DNA of 64,000 nt from Octopus vulgaris (GCA_951406725.2 OX597829.1:3596001-3660000); one strand, 5' to 3'. Positions 11,700 through 24,799 are shown, counted from the stretch's first letter. Numbers and translations are program-made. Notes: generated by a model from the sequence alone, not told the origin.

Positions 11700-13125
11700 C
11701 CTGTTATATCCCTAGGTCCAATGCACCTATGATGATAGATATAAATGAAAATTTATAATCAGAGTACAAGAGCTGTAAGTTCCACATTAATTCGCCATAA
11801 ATGTTCTCTTTTCCTTGGTCTTTTGATCGTACATTCGCATATGCAGGACAGCTGACCTCTACGACAAAGCATAACTTTTGTTCTTTTCCTCACAGATCAT
11901 TAACGGGTCTGCTATGTTTGCACCGAAATGATGTTTTTATTGGGATGTTCCACCAGTATTCCTTGTTTTGTTTTTAAGTAGTGAATACCTGCTGGTTCTG
12001 ACATGCCTTTGATGTATACGTTAAGGCTGTCCTTCCTGCGGACAGCATTGTAAATAGTCTTCGCAACTATGTCTTGCCTCAGGGGCAGGTAGTATTTCGT
12101 AGACATTTTGGGGCAGCTGCTGATGATGTGGGTGATATCAACTACTCTATTATAGCAGAGCCGTTTTTTCACAACGTGGAGATTTGATGGTATCTTTGCC
12201 ACCTTTGTTTACCAGGTATTTAGTGTATCTGTCTCCTGTTCCTGGTTAGCGAAGGCATGTCGTTCTAGGTGGGTTGAAATGTATCTATCACAAGTCCAGG
12301 ATAGGCTACCCTTTTTGTTGATGCTGTTGTTGCCCTCTAGCTTACGGGATATGCACCCATGCAATGCTTTTTGTTGGTATGATGCCTGCTTCTCTTCCAG
12401 GCTTCAGTTTATGTAGGCCAGCAGTCCAGCCACCTCTGTGTCGCGTGAGATTGTTGTGTTCTAAGTCTACCTGCACAGTAGTTCTTTTCCAACTTCGAAG
12501 ATGTTGTTGCTCCCACTTTTGAGTACGCATGGAATCTACTCATTTCTTTCTTTACTGTTCAGCAAGTCTTGTATGAGTGATACAATGCAACATTCAAAGG
12601 CTGTTTGGACACTCACCTTATGCCTTTATGTATGTATGTATGTCTCATGTATAAATCCTATGTATGTATGTATGTTAATGTATGTATGCCAGTGGATGGT
12701 TAGCATCTTTCTGGTTTTGATGTCCAGGTTGCGTATCTCATCGAGTGTCCAGTCTAATATCCCAAATGTTGGGACCAATCCCAACATTTGGGATATTAGA
12801 CTGGACACTATGGTCTTGTTGAGTTCCATATTTTCCGGAGTCTACACAAGTACCCTGGTTTTAGTCACAACATCAACGTGTGCAATATTCTCATCGATTC
12901 CGAGGTAATTGTAGCTTTCATCAGTTGAGATAGGAAAGATAGACAAGTCGTACCTGTACTCTGTCTGGTAGACAAGCTTTTCTCGGTTGACTATCATGTC
13001 TGAACACATATCTATCCCAAACTCTATTTCTATATCCCGTGAGAAGGTACCAGCTCTAACAGTCTTTTAATGTTGATCATATTACCAGAATATATCTATA
13101 GGTCATCAACAAAAAATGTGGCCAG
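11700..13125 (-). mobile_element. R4/Dong-clade LINE, rearranged RT/RLE fragments
   Basis: DITHIISSCPKMSTKYYLPLRQDIVAKTIYNA, EVSCPAY, LQLLYSDYKF..IIIGALG, FGILDWTLDEIRNLDIKTRKMLT, SYNYLGIDEN. Confidence 0.82.
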
Positions 13126-13136
13126 AGGTAAAGGAC

Positions 13137-13567
13137 ATGGACCGCATCCACTTTCGGTTTTTTATTTTTATGATTTTTTTTCTACAGAAACCCACTTTTT
13201 CGACCGCGGAGATTCCGTATCTGCAAAAAAAAAAAAAAAAAATCGGCATTTCAAAATTTTGTAAAATTTCAATTTTCCTAAAAATATATAAACAAATAAG
13301 CACCTCTCCGTCAGCGCATCTGTGACAGAAAGTGAACATTCTTTTGGAATTAAAAGAGGTTGTAAAAATGATTTTTTTTTTGTTCACACACACACGCTCA
13401 CGACAACAAAATGACATTGAAACATTTTTTTCTTTTTTTGGTAATTCGTATTCAGAAGGTGGATCTTCGGTTAAAATTTTGAAATGTCGATTTTTTTTTT
13501 TGCATATTCGGAATCTTCGAAGTCGAAAAAAGAAAGTCCAAAAAACCGAAAGTGGGGGCAGTCCACC
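13137..13567. mobile_element. MITE with ~26-bp TIRs
   Basis: tggaccgcatccactttcggtttttt at the left end versus aaaaaccgaaagtgggggcagtcca at the right end. Confidence 0.7.
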
Positions 13568-13601
13568 TCCGCCAAAATGTGTGGGTGACATTAATCTTAT
13601 T

Positions 13602-14208
13602 CTCTATTATAGCAGAGCCGTTTTTTCACAACGTGGAGATTTGATGGTATCTTTGCCCCCTTTGTTTACCAGGTATTTTGTGTATCTGTCTCCTGTTCCT
13701 GGTTAGCGAAGGCATGTCGTTCTAGGTGGGTTGAAATGTATCTATCACAAGTCCCTTTTTGTTGATGCTGTTGTTGCCCTCTAGCTTACGGGATATGCAT
13801 CCATGCAATGCTTTTTGTTGGTATGAAACGTGCCTGCTTTCTTCAGGCTTCAGTTTATGTAGGCCAGCAGTCCAGCCACCTCTGTGTCGCGTGAGATTGT
13901 TGTGTTCTAAGTCTACCTGCACAGTAGTTCTTTTCCAACCAGAAGGATAGGCATATTGTTGAGAACAATAGATTTCGTTGGCAGTCTGTTATCTCTATTC
14001 TAGCTTTTGGTGAAATAGAAGAGGTTAGAAGAATTAAGTGGCAAAGACATTATTCTGTTTAGCGAAGGCATCTGGCAAATGTAACTGCTGTCACTCACAG
14101 AAAAATTATTGTATTACCGTGAGAAAGGTGCTGTTGAACTGTTAAGAGAAATTTAGCTATCGAGGATCGAATCCACACCACGCCCGTATGAACCACTACA
14201 TGTATATG

Positions 14209-14240
<32 letters not shown>

Positions 14241-14714
14241 TGTATGTATGTATGTATGTATGTATGTATGTATGTATGTATGTATGTGTGTATGTATATA
14301 TGTATGTATGTGTGTATGTATGTGTGTATGTGGTTCCTCCTTCTATACATACATTACATACATACCCTGGTTTTAGTCACAACATCAACGTGTGCAATAT
14401 TCTCATCGATTCCGAGGTAATTGTAGCTTTCATCAGTTGAGATAGGAAAGATAGACAAGTCGTACCTGTACTCTGTCTGGTAGACAAGCTTTTCTCGGTT
14501 GACTATCATGTCTGAACACATATCTATCCCAAACTCTATTTCTATATCCCGTGAGAAGGTACCAGCTCTAACAGTCTTTTGATGCCTTCGCTAAACAGAA
14601 TAATGTCTTTGCCACTTAATTCTTCTAACCTCTTCTATTTCACCAAAAGCTAGAATAGAGATAACAGACTGCCAACGAAATCTATTGTTCTCAACAATAT
14701 GCCTATCCTTCTGG
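13602..14714. repeat. Local duplications: 13602-13940 copies 12144-12493; 14363-14580 copies 12851-13068; 13939-14072 is an inverted copy of 14581-14714
   Basis: Near-identical sequence read directly from the window. Confidence 0.9.
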
Positions 14715-15187
14715 CTGGTTTTGGATAGTTATAAAAACAAGAACTCCGTAAGCCAAAGTCGGTTGGTAAGAACCGGGTCTGGCTGACCGGTTGAACAAAA
14801 CAACGTTTCTAAAGGAAAAGGTACAAAGGTACAACTTTGGTAACTCACCAACGAAGCAGTTGTTTCGTCCCACCACTTTCATTTTCACTGACTCACTTTT
14901 CTTTTCTCTGTAGCATTACCATATCTCCCTCTATATATTCTACTATGAGATCGTGTACACACATACCGGCCGAAATTAACTCATTTTACTGCGCATGCTT
15001 TTCCATTTACTAGTTATACATAGCAACCCGTCGTGGTTTTGGATATACACAAAGCAATGGTAAATAAATATTTCTTTACAACTTCAATCACTGTTCTTCC
15101 ATCTTCATATTGGCAACCAACATCTTAACAACAACTGTTACAATTGGTGACCCTCGACTGCAACGAAGAACTAACCGTTGCATACAA

Positions 15188-15235
<48 letters not shown>

Positions 15236-15544
15236 GTACACACACACACACACATACATGCATACATACAAACATACATGCATACATACATGCATACATA
15301 CATACATACATATATGCATACATACATACATACATACATACATACATACATACATACATACATACATACATACATACATACATACATACATACATACATA
15401 CATACATACATACATACATACATACATACATACATACATACAAACATACATACATACATACATACATACATGTATACATACATACACACATACATACATA
15501 CATACATAGACACAAACACACATACACACGTGCAAACATAGTGA

Positions 15545-15770
15545 GGACGCATGGTCTAGTGTTTGGGTGATGCACTCATGACAGTGAGATCATGGTTTCA
15601 ATCCCTCGACTGGCTGGTGCGTTTGTGTTCTCTTCGACACCTGACGCGTGGCCCCCACTGTGCAACTGTTCAGACAACTTCGCTTTGATGGCGGGAGTGA
15701 GCCAATGTGCAGCACGAACCTTTTTGATCACTATAAACGAATAATTTGTGCAGATCGTCCGGCAGTCTGA
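15545..15770 (+). mobile_element. Degenerate tRNA-derived SINE
   Basis: Head ggacgcatggtctagtg...ggtttcaatccc contains A-box- and B-box-like motifs. Confidence 0.55.
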
Positions 15771-15774
15771 TACA

Positions 15775-16440
15775 ATTCCCTGCTGCCACCGTTCTTCCAG
15801 TCCTTCAAAGCCTGTTTCTTTTCTCTAATAGCCCTGTCAGCAACATTGTTCCACCTTCATGTTATTTTGGGTCGAGAAGGGACTTTGTACCATCCACAGA
15901 TCTGGTCAGTGACCCTGAGCAGGTTGTCCCATGGAAACCTCCAGATGTCTTCTACATCGTGTGAAGCTATAGCCCCTTCTATTTCGTCAAAGGCTTCGAG
16001 TAATATGTCTCTAAATCTCTGTCCATTCGCAAGATCTTTAAGCTTCCAGACCGTTCTTCTCCTTGCTGGTCGTCTTCTGGGCGTCCACTTAGCCCTGATC
16101 CTGAAGTCACTAACTGCCAGTCTATGTTGTGTGGTACATTCTTTGCATGGGAAGGTTTTGTCATTTATAAGCAGCAATCTTTCCCTTTTTCTTGCGAGGA
16201 TATAGTCAATTTGGCTAGTATGCCAGCCCGATCAGTAGGTGACTAGGTGACTGGCTGGTTTCCTGAAGTTAGTATTGCAAACCATAAGATCATTTGCATC
16301 ACAGAACTCCAGTAGCCTGGTTCCCTCCTCGTTGCGGGAACCAAAACCGTAGCCTCCATGTACACCATGGAAGCCCCCTGTATGTTGTCCAACATGTCTA
16401 TTGAAGTCACCAGCCACAAAGCGAAGGTCCCTGTCATTCG
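15775..16440 (-). mobile_element. RTE-clade LINE endonuclease fragment
   Basis: AGDFNRHVG...GGYGFGSRNEEGTRLLEFC...NTNFRK..HLVTY, SQIDYIL, TTQHRLAVSD, VWKLKD. Confidence 0.88.
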
Positions 16441-17430
16441 TCCATGTTTGGATTAACTATTTTAACAAAAGGATAAGATTTCTTTGAATATTTTGACTAT
16501 ATCCCAAATTTTTACCACAATAGAGGGAGGAAAAGAAAATTGCAAAGAAATAGTTTAATATTTATTTATTTATTACTTATCCAAATATTAAGTTGTTATA
16601 TGGTTACTATGGAGATTGATTAAATGGATTTAACTGGTATTTAATAAGGGAGCAATTAAGGTTAAAGAACATGTCAACTATATACTGATGTAATTAAATT
16701 GAACTATTTTAAATTGTCGACATACCGGTATTACCTTATATAAGCTGAGTACGAATTAATAGGGGTACAAGGATTAGATTTAGTTAAGGCTACTATAAAA
16801 TATAATAACAATAACAGCAATAATAAAAAAGATCAGTTAGGGTAGAGCATCATGGAAAAGGAATAAAATATCCATACCTTATTAACTCTAATAGCAAGTA
16901 TTTATAGAAAATGTATTATAATTTATGAGCTAAAAATTGTTAATTAACTTATTTAACTTACTCTAATCAGGACTAAAATCTGGTATTGGTTGAAAGAATA
17001 ATTGTTGTTAAAAGGACATGCTAATCATATTCTAATATTAAATTACGAGATATAATATAGATTTCAAAAGTTATTTGTGTTAATCCATAAATGATATTAC
17101 AGTTTCTTAGGGGTATGTAATTAGAAGGGCTGTTTGTATAATGCCAATATAAATACCAAAATTAAGAGGATAGACCACTTTAAGAAAGGGATAAAAAACT
17201 TAGTTACGAAAACTATTTTAAACAAGATGTCATTATTGTATAAAGTTAAAATTTAGGGTTAAAATGCCTTTTCTGCTACCAAAGAGATCTCCCAGACAGC
17301 AACACACTTTTTACGTAGGCAAAAAGAAAAAAATATCGAATCTACACAACTTAGATTAGCTACATACGTGTTTCGAGATTAAAGTAAAGTAATATTTGCT
17401 TACTTATTTCCCATCTTCAGTGCAGAATTT
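16441..17430 (-). mobile_element. Highly decayed Penelope-like element (RT) with an upstream hammerhead
   Basis: Minus-strand IPFP*CSTLTDLF (cf. GIPMG..C.P.LADLF) and YRYVDNL (cf. RYVDD) occur in the expected order; a hammerhead lies on the same strand at 17360-17425. Confidence 0.55.
17360..17425 (-). ncRNA. Type I hammerhead ribozyme motif
   Basis: Minus strand reads ctgca CTGAAGA t-ggga...tctc GAAA cacg TA tgtag; stem I ctgca/tgtag, GUA cleavage triplet. Confidence 0.68.
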
Positions 17431-17607
17431 CGAGATATAAATTTGAGAGTGTTAGAATTAAATATGTACGCGATCAAGCGTCATCACATAACAGATATTC
17501 AACCAAACACTTTAAAAAATATTGGATATGCGATGACGCTTGATCGCGTTCAATTAAATACTACTACTACTACTACTACTGCTACTACTAATAATAATAA
17601 TAATTAT

Positions 17608-17678
<71 letters not shown>

Positions 17679-17744
17679 TATATGGGTCACCAACTGTGCA
17701 AACAACATGAAATATGTAAAAACAAGACTATTAAACACGTACGT

Positions 17745-18100
17745 ATTTGTTATTTGTGTCTGTGTTCGTTCCCCCCAACGTCGCTTGACAACCGATGCTG
17801 GTGTGCTTACTTCCCCGTAACTTAGCGGTTCGGCAAAACAGAGGCCGATAGAATAAGTACTGGGCTTACAAAAAATTTGTCTTGGGGTCGATTTGTTCGA
17901 CTAAAGGCGGTGCTCCAGCATGGCCACAGTCAAACAAGTAAAAGAATAAAAGAATACATATACGAGGAACTTCTCTTAATTGCTGTCTATTTACTCACAA
18001 GGCCCGAGGTTTATAGACGAATATACTTTCCCAAGGTGCCACGCAGTAGGACTGAACCCGGAACCATGTGGTTGAGAAGCAAGCTTCCTACCACACAATC
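17745..18100. mobile_element. Abundant tRNA-derived SINE with a CORE-like domain: 3' half (+) and head (-)
   Basis: cgcttgacaaccgatgctggtgtg...cccgtaacttagcggttcggc...ggcggtgctccagcatggcc; the family recurs more than 10 times in the window. Confidence 0.85.
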
Positions 18101-18229
18101 ACTGGTGTTGAAAGAATAAAATTTCATACGATTTATTAATACAAAGCTGATACGTGTTTCTGTTGTTGTGTCGGTACGATTTGGTATGTCAGAGAATTTC
18201 AATTCCCTCAGTATTCAGACAGAAAGATA

Positions 18230-19030
18230 ATATGGTTTCCTTATTTGTGTAACTGAAGTCTTGGAGTACAAAGAAGGAGACAGGAGACAAAGAAATAGGA
18301 GTGACTAGAAATGACACGAACAGCCTGGTTAGTACTTACTTATTATACAATTAACTATTTCGTTATTGAGATATTTTTCTCATAGAAAGCATAAATTTCT
18401 TTTGTTGCAGTGGGTTTTGATTTTATCTCGTTTCTACTTGAGCAGGTTGCTATTATTTGTGAGAATTAACGGACTGCAGAGCAGTTCTGTATATTTTTTA
18501 TTTGTGTTGTTTTTGTGAAGGGACTGAAAGCGTTTTTGCAAAAGATTAAATGGTGTTTAGCTATAGAGCTTTTTACGCGTAAGTTTTAAGTGGGTTATAC
18601 CATATTATATTTCGTTTCTTGTATATCTTTTTAGTTTGAGTTATGTTCTAATGATAGGATTTGCTTATGTTTTATTTATTACAAGTCTTGAAATAATAAT
18701 ACCATCATCTCTGTAAAGTTCTCTGTATACTTAGAATTTGTTTTGTATCTACGCTGACTTCAAAAGCCTCAGTATTCATTTTCTTTTCATCCATGTGTGT
18801 TATTAAGAATAATTCAGATTTTCTTACTTGGAAAATGGTTTCACTAGCCAATGGTTTAAAAGGTGTTATAATTAATTGCATAATTGACATTTATTTTCTG
18901 ATTTATGAGCTTCATAAGCGTTTTTCAAGAGATAGGAATTTATTGCTATATTAATAAAATGTATAGACAGTTCAAGATTAGCTTTCAACTAGAGTTTATT
19001 TATGGTGTACTTATATGGCGAAGAACGAAA
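18230..19030 (-). mobile_element. Decayed Penelope-like element fragment
   Basis: Minus-strand KRNIIWYNPL..RVKSSIAK resembles the PLE linker motif RNIIWFNPP...VKTNIG. Confidence 0.5.
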
Positions 19031-19039
19031 TCAAGAATA

Positions 19040-20581
19040 TTAGGTGGTATCAAAAGGTTCTGGACTATTTCAGTAGCGCATCAACAGATGGCAGCATACG
19101 GTTGCGTGCTCAGTGAGGGCTAGCAATTATCTTCATGAGGCAGTGTGCCGTGTGATATCGCTGAATTTACTTCGCAAATTGTGAGATTTGTGTTTTCGTG
19201 ATCACGTGTCTGCTGTAGTCTGTGATTTTGTCAGGGACAGGAACAAAGAGCCAACGTAAAATTTTGCGTTAAACATGGGAAGTCTGCCACAAGACATTAA
19301 GCATGTTTCGGCAAGCTAACAGAGTTGAGGCAATGAGTTGTACGCAATGTTTCGAATGGTTCCGGGCGCTCAAAAGGGGTCGAACATCTCTGAAATACGA
19401 TGAGCGATCAAGAAGACCTGCCACGAGCGTCATTTCGGGAAATGTGAAGAAAATTCAATCAGCTTTTGCATGAAAACCGTTGGAGGACAACCAACGACAT
19501 TACTGATGTTGCTTCTCTGTCGTATGGGTCCGTGCAGGCAATCCTAACGTCTGAATTGAACGTGCGGCGTGTTACTGCCAGGTTTGTCCCCTGCCTACTG
19601 ATAACTAAGCAGAAGGAACATCGTGTCGAAATCTTTCAAGATCTCCATCAGCGTACTGCTGACGATCCATCCTTCATGTCGAGGATTATCACCGGTGATG
19701 AGAGTTTGGTCCACGGGTGCGACCCTGAGACGAAGCAATAGTCGTCACAATTGAAGAGGCCTTCATTTCCACGACCAAAGAAGGCGCGACAGAGCCGCAA
19801 ATCAATCAAGAGCATGCTCATCAATTTTTTCCTCGACATCCGCGGTATTGTGTATCGAGAATTTATCCTTCAGGCCAGAGCATCAATTGAGAGTTCTACT
19901 GCGACGTTTCGAAGCGTTCGAGGAAAGACATTCGGCGAAAGTGAGTGGATCTATGAAGCGCGAAGAATTGGATTCTTCACGACGACAACGCACCCCGTCA
20001 CCGAGCTCTCCCCACTCGTGAGTTTCTCGCAAGAAACAACATGGTATCGCTTCTGCATCCACCCTATTAGCCATATTTAGTACCTGTTTCTTTACTACCC
20101 ACAACGGGCTAAACACAGAGAGGACAAACAAGGACAGACAAACGGATTAAGTCGATTACATCGACTCCAGTGCGTAACTGGTACTTATTTAATCGACCCC
20201 GAAAGGATGAAAGGCAAAGTCGACCTCGGCGGAATTTGAACTCAGAACGTAACGGCAGACGAAACACCGCTAAGCATTTCGCCCGGCGTGCTAACGTTTC
20301 TGCCAGCTCGCCGCCATATTTAGTACCTGCGGACTCCAATCTCTTCCCCAAGAGGAAAATGCAGCTCAGTGGTAGTCGAGATCCAGAGCGAATCCCAGAA
20401 CGTCTTCGATTCGCTTGCGGAAAACGACCCCCAGGCCGGATTCCAAAAGTGGCAGGAACTCCGGGAGTGGTGTATTGCTGTACAAGGTGGCTATTTCGAA
20501 GGAGATTATGTTAAAACTTTCGTAAATAAGATTTTTTTTTATTAAACGTAACCAGTCCAGGAACTTTTTGTTACCACCTCG
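19040..20581 (+). mobile_element. Mariner (Tc1/mariner) element with a pseudogenised transposase
   Basis: TA-flanked TIRs ttaggtggtatcaaaaggttctggact / agtccaggaactttttgttaccacctcg; EQRANVKFCVK, ARFVP.LL, IITGDES, WILHDDNAP and HPPY*PYLVP (YSPDLAP) motifs. Confidence 0.92.
20087..20315 (-). mobile_element. tRNA-derived SINE inserted in the mariner, with 14-bp TSD
   Basis: TSD atatttagtacctg at 20073-20086 and 20316-20329; head ggcggcgagctggcag...gagttcaaattcc. Confidence 0.92.
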
Positions 20582-20699
20582 TATCAAGTAATTTTTTTTT
20601 TAAAGTCAGTGGCAAAGTTGAATTTCTGTATTGATATCACATACACAGATACTTATAAACTTTATATTGTAGGATGGCATTAGATTCAAGGTTATCTGT

Positions 20700-21083
20700 T
20701 AGCTTTTATTCGTTTTAGTCATTTGACTGGTGCCATGCTGGGACACCGCCCCGAAGGTTTTAGTCGAACAAATCGATCCTAGGACATTTTTAAAGCCTAG
20801 TGATAATTCTCTTGGTCTTTTTTGCCGAACTGCTAAGTTACGTGGCGTAAAAAATCAACACCGGTTGTCAAGTGGTGATGGAAGGGGAGACAAACACAGA
20901 CACAAAGACACACACACATATGAAGGCTTCTTTCAGTTTCCGTCTACCAAATCCACGCACAAGGCTTTTGTTGGCCCGACGCTATAATAAAAGACACTTG
21001 CCCAACGAGCCATGCTGTGGAACTGAACCCAGAACCATGTGGTTGGAAAGCAAGCTTCTTATCACACAGGCACGCCTACGCCT
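20700..21083 (-). mobile_element. Full-length CORE-like SINE (other copies ~28183-28620 -, 33456-33620 +, 37795-38135 +, 47713-48045 +, 49850-50150 +, 50915-51440 +, 51931-52305 +, 52607-52950 +, 60910-61070 -)
   Basis: Family head gg..(g/a)tggctgtgtggtaag...ggttcagt(c/t)cca followed by ttgggcaagtgtc, with a conserved body across copies. Confidence 0.85.
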
Positions 21084-21959
21084 CTTTATATTATACTAAA
21101 AAAATTGTATCTGTTATGGTAACAGTCAACTGTTTGAAAATAGTTAATATTTAGTTGCATATTGAAGTGGTTTCAAGATTTAGAATAATCAGAGGTTTGA
21201 TATTATAAATCCTGGAATGAGTTAAAATACCTATTGATATACAAAACAATATGACAAAGAGAAGAAAAACACACTGATAAAATTGTAGGAAGCAAAGCTA
21301 AAGTAGCTATCAACCATAGAGCGACGTACTTAAGTCGCAACCAAGAATAAAGTTAAGTAGGTAGACAACAATAGATTATAAAAGAACAGAGAGGATATAA
21401 GAAGGTGTACCAGGTGGTGGGGAGGCAAAATAACGGGGTATAAATTATAGTGAGATATTAGTTGAATAGTAAAATTAATTTCTGGAATTTACCTATTTAA
21501 ATGGCTATAAAATAATTAAAGTTTTCAGAGTCTTGTGGTTGTAATGAGAAGTTATTGAAACATATTTAGTGTTGGGGAACAGAGCTATAAATTTTCCTAG
21601 AGTATCCAGTTGGCATGGCTTCTTATTGTAGTAATACGATTTTTCAAAGGACAGGCTTTTCCCTGTTGCATTAAAATAGTGTTAGAATTGTTGAAAGACC
21701 AGATTGCCCACATCTTTATCTGCAAACAAAAATATTTCCGATAATTTCTGAAAGATTGACTATGTTACAGAAACTCTTTATTGAATGTGTTGGGACGAGT
21801 ATAATTTTGACTGTGTGTGTAGTTAAATGCAAAGAATATAGAGAATTGTACTAATTGATATTTCTTTTACAATTTCTGAATTTGTTATTCGATGAAAGGT
21901 GGATTTGGTAGAATTAGGTTTCAACTGTGAACTCATACATTTTGAGATCATCGTCAAAG

Positions 21960-23900
21960 AGAGGTGTAGTATCATTTTTGAACTCCTTCCAAAAGAGTCT
22001 CTCCTTGATTATTATTTCCAGGATAAAAAATACCAGCACTTGCATCATTTCCTGACAAAACTAGGTACTTATACCCCCCTCCCGATCGTAACTAAGGAAT
22101 TAAATAACTATAAATATGCTGACCGGAACATTTTTAAAGACACCAACCACGAACACTGTAATTTGATTGGAGAACTTGAACCACGTGACCGAACTGAACC
22201 CTACATCTGGTCTCGAACCTCCCACTTCACCCTGAAAGACTTAAAGCCTGATTCTCCATTAGGCTTATTTGCCCTACTAAATCCGGTTTGTGTCGCATTA
22301 GTAAATGCATTATTGATTGGAGTATATACCATTTGTAAAGTTGAACTGTAGTACTGGGAATATCATCACCTGATTCCGTTCTATTTCTAAAAAGTCTCAT
22401 ACTAACTTACCCCATTTTGATTTATCGAACTATTACGCTTCCATTCTGTTAAACAAGACCTTAATGTTCGCGAGAAAGTTTTTCTCCCATCTCTCGGTCG
22501 GATATCGACATTATTTTAATAGCCAGAAAAACGCTTTCGTCGTTTATTAACGAATATTGGTCCCATTCCTCTATAGATCTCTTCGATATCGACATGGGAT
22601 CCTCAGACGGTGCCCTGGTTACAGACCCAGTTGGTCTTTTCTTCTCTCTCTCAAATAAACCACTACTTACTTTGCCAATAAGGTGGTTTATATAGGAATG
22701 ATACTCTTCTCACAACCATGGGCATGCCTCGGCTGTCCATTGAACGTATCTTATGGTTTGTACTCCATTCTGACTTCAGGTTAAATCTTTAACAAGGCTC
22801 TAATTTCCTATCCCACCATAAATATCACCCAATCTTCAACAAATCTTCTTTTGAAATCTTACACTCTACAACTAAAATTTAAAATATATAATCGCTGCTT
22901 ACAATTGGCGCAAACTTGGCCGTTGTATTGTGCCTATGAAACCTCCCATCTGACTCTGGTATTTGTAATCGTAACACTTTTGACCATGGTGTTGCACCCT
23001 CTCAGCCCCATACTAGAAATGATAACACCTCAGGGATAACCGATCGTATTAATCAAGATATGATGGAGATTAAGTATAATCCATCGGTAATGAGTAAACC
23101 TGTATTTGTCAATTCTCCCAGCGATGTCCGTTAGATGGATTTTGCTTACGCTATAACATGGTATATAATTGTAGGTTCATAACTCGACGTTTGTTAAGGT
23201 CTGCACTGTTTGTTTGTTTGTTCCTTCTCGAACCATGCCTGGCTCATAAGGGCCGGTTTCCCGGTTTCCTTGGCGTATAGGTTCCCCACCTGGACGGGAC
23301 GCCGGTCCGTCACAGATGAGCTGCAAGATGCAGGAGGAAAGAGTGAGAGAAAGTTGTGGCGAAAGAGTCAGCAGAAGTTCGCCATTACCTTCTGTAGGAG
23401 CCGCGTGGATCTTAGGTGTTTTCGATCATAAACACACATCACCCAGTCTGAGATTCGAACCCGCGATCCATCGACCGCGAGTCCACTGCTCTAACCACTA
23501 GGCCATGTGCCTCTACCAAGGTCTGCACTGGGGTACCGTTGATTTCAAGTGTCACTACCGGGCCCAACTGAACTCATTTTCAAATAGAACCTCAAAACTT
23601 TCTACTTCCCTAACTACATATATACATCACCTCAAGTCCCAGGATATTCCCTATACTTTGTCCTGATCCGTTGTTTGCGTGGGTTTCTCGTACAATGTAA
23701 ACCATCACATTTGTAAGTTATGCGCAGGGAATCGCTCGTAATACTACACCATATAAAACCCCGTCACCCAATAGGTTCTCTGATGTAATTTACTCCCCTA
23801 AATATAAATTTCATTCCACATTTGATTATAATTTAAAATCTTTATAATTTCTATTAGTTGTGGTTAAACTTCTTTACTCATTACTTAAGTATTAATGCAT
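21960..23900 (+). mobile_element. Decayed Penelope-like element (RT and GIY-YIG region)
   Basis: LFDIDMGSSDGALVTDPVGLF (cf. FDVTMGSYDGAE.CELVGL), GGLYRNDTL (cf. GLYRDDGL), HKYHPIFNKSSFEI.HSTTK, SF...STSLTTYIHHLKSQDIPY and CKLC occur in canonical order. Confidence 0.8.
23209..23517 (-). mobile_element. tRNA-derived SINE with 13-bp TSD inside the PLE
   Basis: TSD aaggtctgcactg at 23196-23208 and 23518-23530; A box tggcctagtgg, B box ggttcgaatc; (AAAC)n tail. Confidence 0.92.
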
Positions 23901-24432
23901 CAGTTTACTTTTTTCTCCTACCATATTCTCTTTCAACATGCTCTCCTCCTCTGTCTTTCTCCCACCTCTTTACCTCAATGCTTATCTCTTCCTGTCTCTT
24001 CGCTTAGAGAACTGACATTCTCAACTTCTTTATTGTTTGATCACCCGTGATGTTCTCTTTCACCGGGTTGGCTTTAACTTTATCTTCTCTTTCAGTTTCT
24101 TCTATTCTCTCCCTGTTCTTTTCTTTTTCCTTTGTTGTTGAAGTTCTTTTTCCTCTTATCCTGGCCCTTAGATCTCGTTCTGTTTCCTCTCTCTCTCTTC
24201 AACCGTTTAACACTACTATATGAGACGCATTTGCCTCTTCTCATGATGATGGGAGCCAGACATACAGAAATATTTTCATGTGACTGCTTATCGGTGATAT
24301 GTCCATGACTTTTTGCACATTTCACCTGCAAATTATGATTTTTATGATTATTACATTGTTGTAGGCTTCCTGAAACAGCTGTCGAGTTAAGAAATTACAT
24401 ATTTTCTTATGTGTTTTTTGTGGTCCAGGTGA

Positions 24433-24465
<33 letters not shown>

Positions 24466-24509
24466 TGTATGTATGTATGTATGTATGTATGTATGTATGT
24501 ATGTATGTA

Positions 24510-24542
<33 letters not shown>

Positions 24543-24799
24543 GTATGTATGTGTATATACATACATACAAACATATATGTACACACACACACACATATAT
24601 ATCAAACCAGTGTTTAATTGCACCACTATCTCGGTATCAGCTCGATTTCGATTTCTCTTATAGCCTCACTTGATGCTGTGGTTCCGGTCATGGACGAAGA
24701 ATTCGGAGTTCAAATAAATTTGTGTCCTACCGTGTTTTCTATACTGAGCTTATCTAGCTCTCACCTATTGACTATGTGTGTGTGTGTGTATGTGTGTGA

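Noticed and set aside
11154-11758. Long ORFs of YVCM/HTYI, poly-E/K/L/S or SL repeats (also near 15.1, 24.4, 31.7, 43.1 and 52.2 kb)
   Set aside because: Artefacts of stop-free microsatellites.
16441-17290. Possible mitochondrial insertion (NUMT) suggested by AT richness
   Set aside because: No convincing rRNA or mitochondrial protein motifs; PLE RT remnants explain it better.
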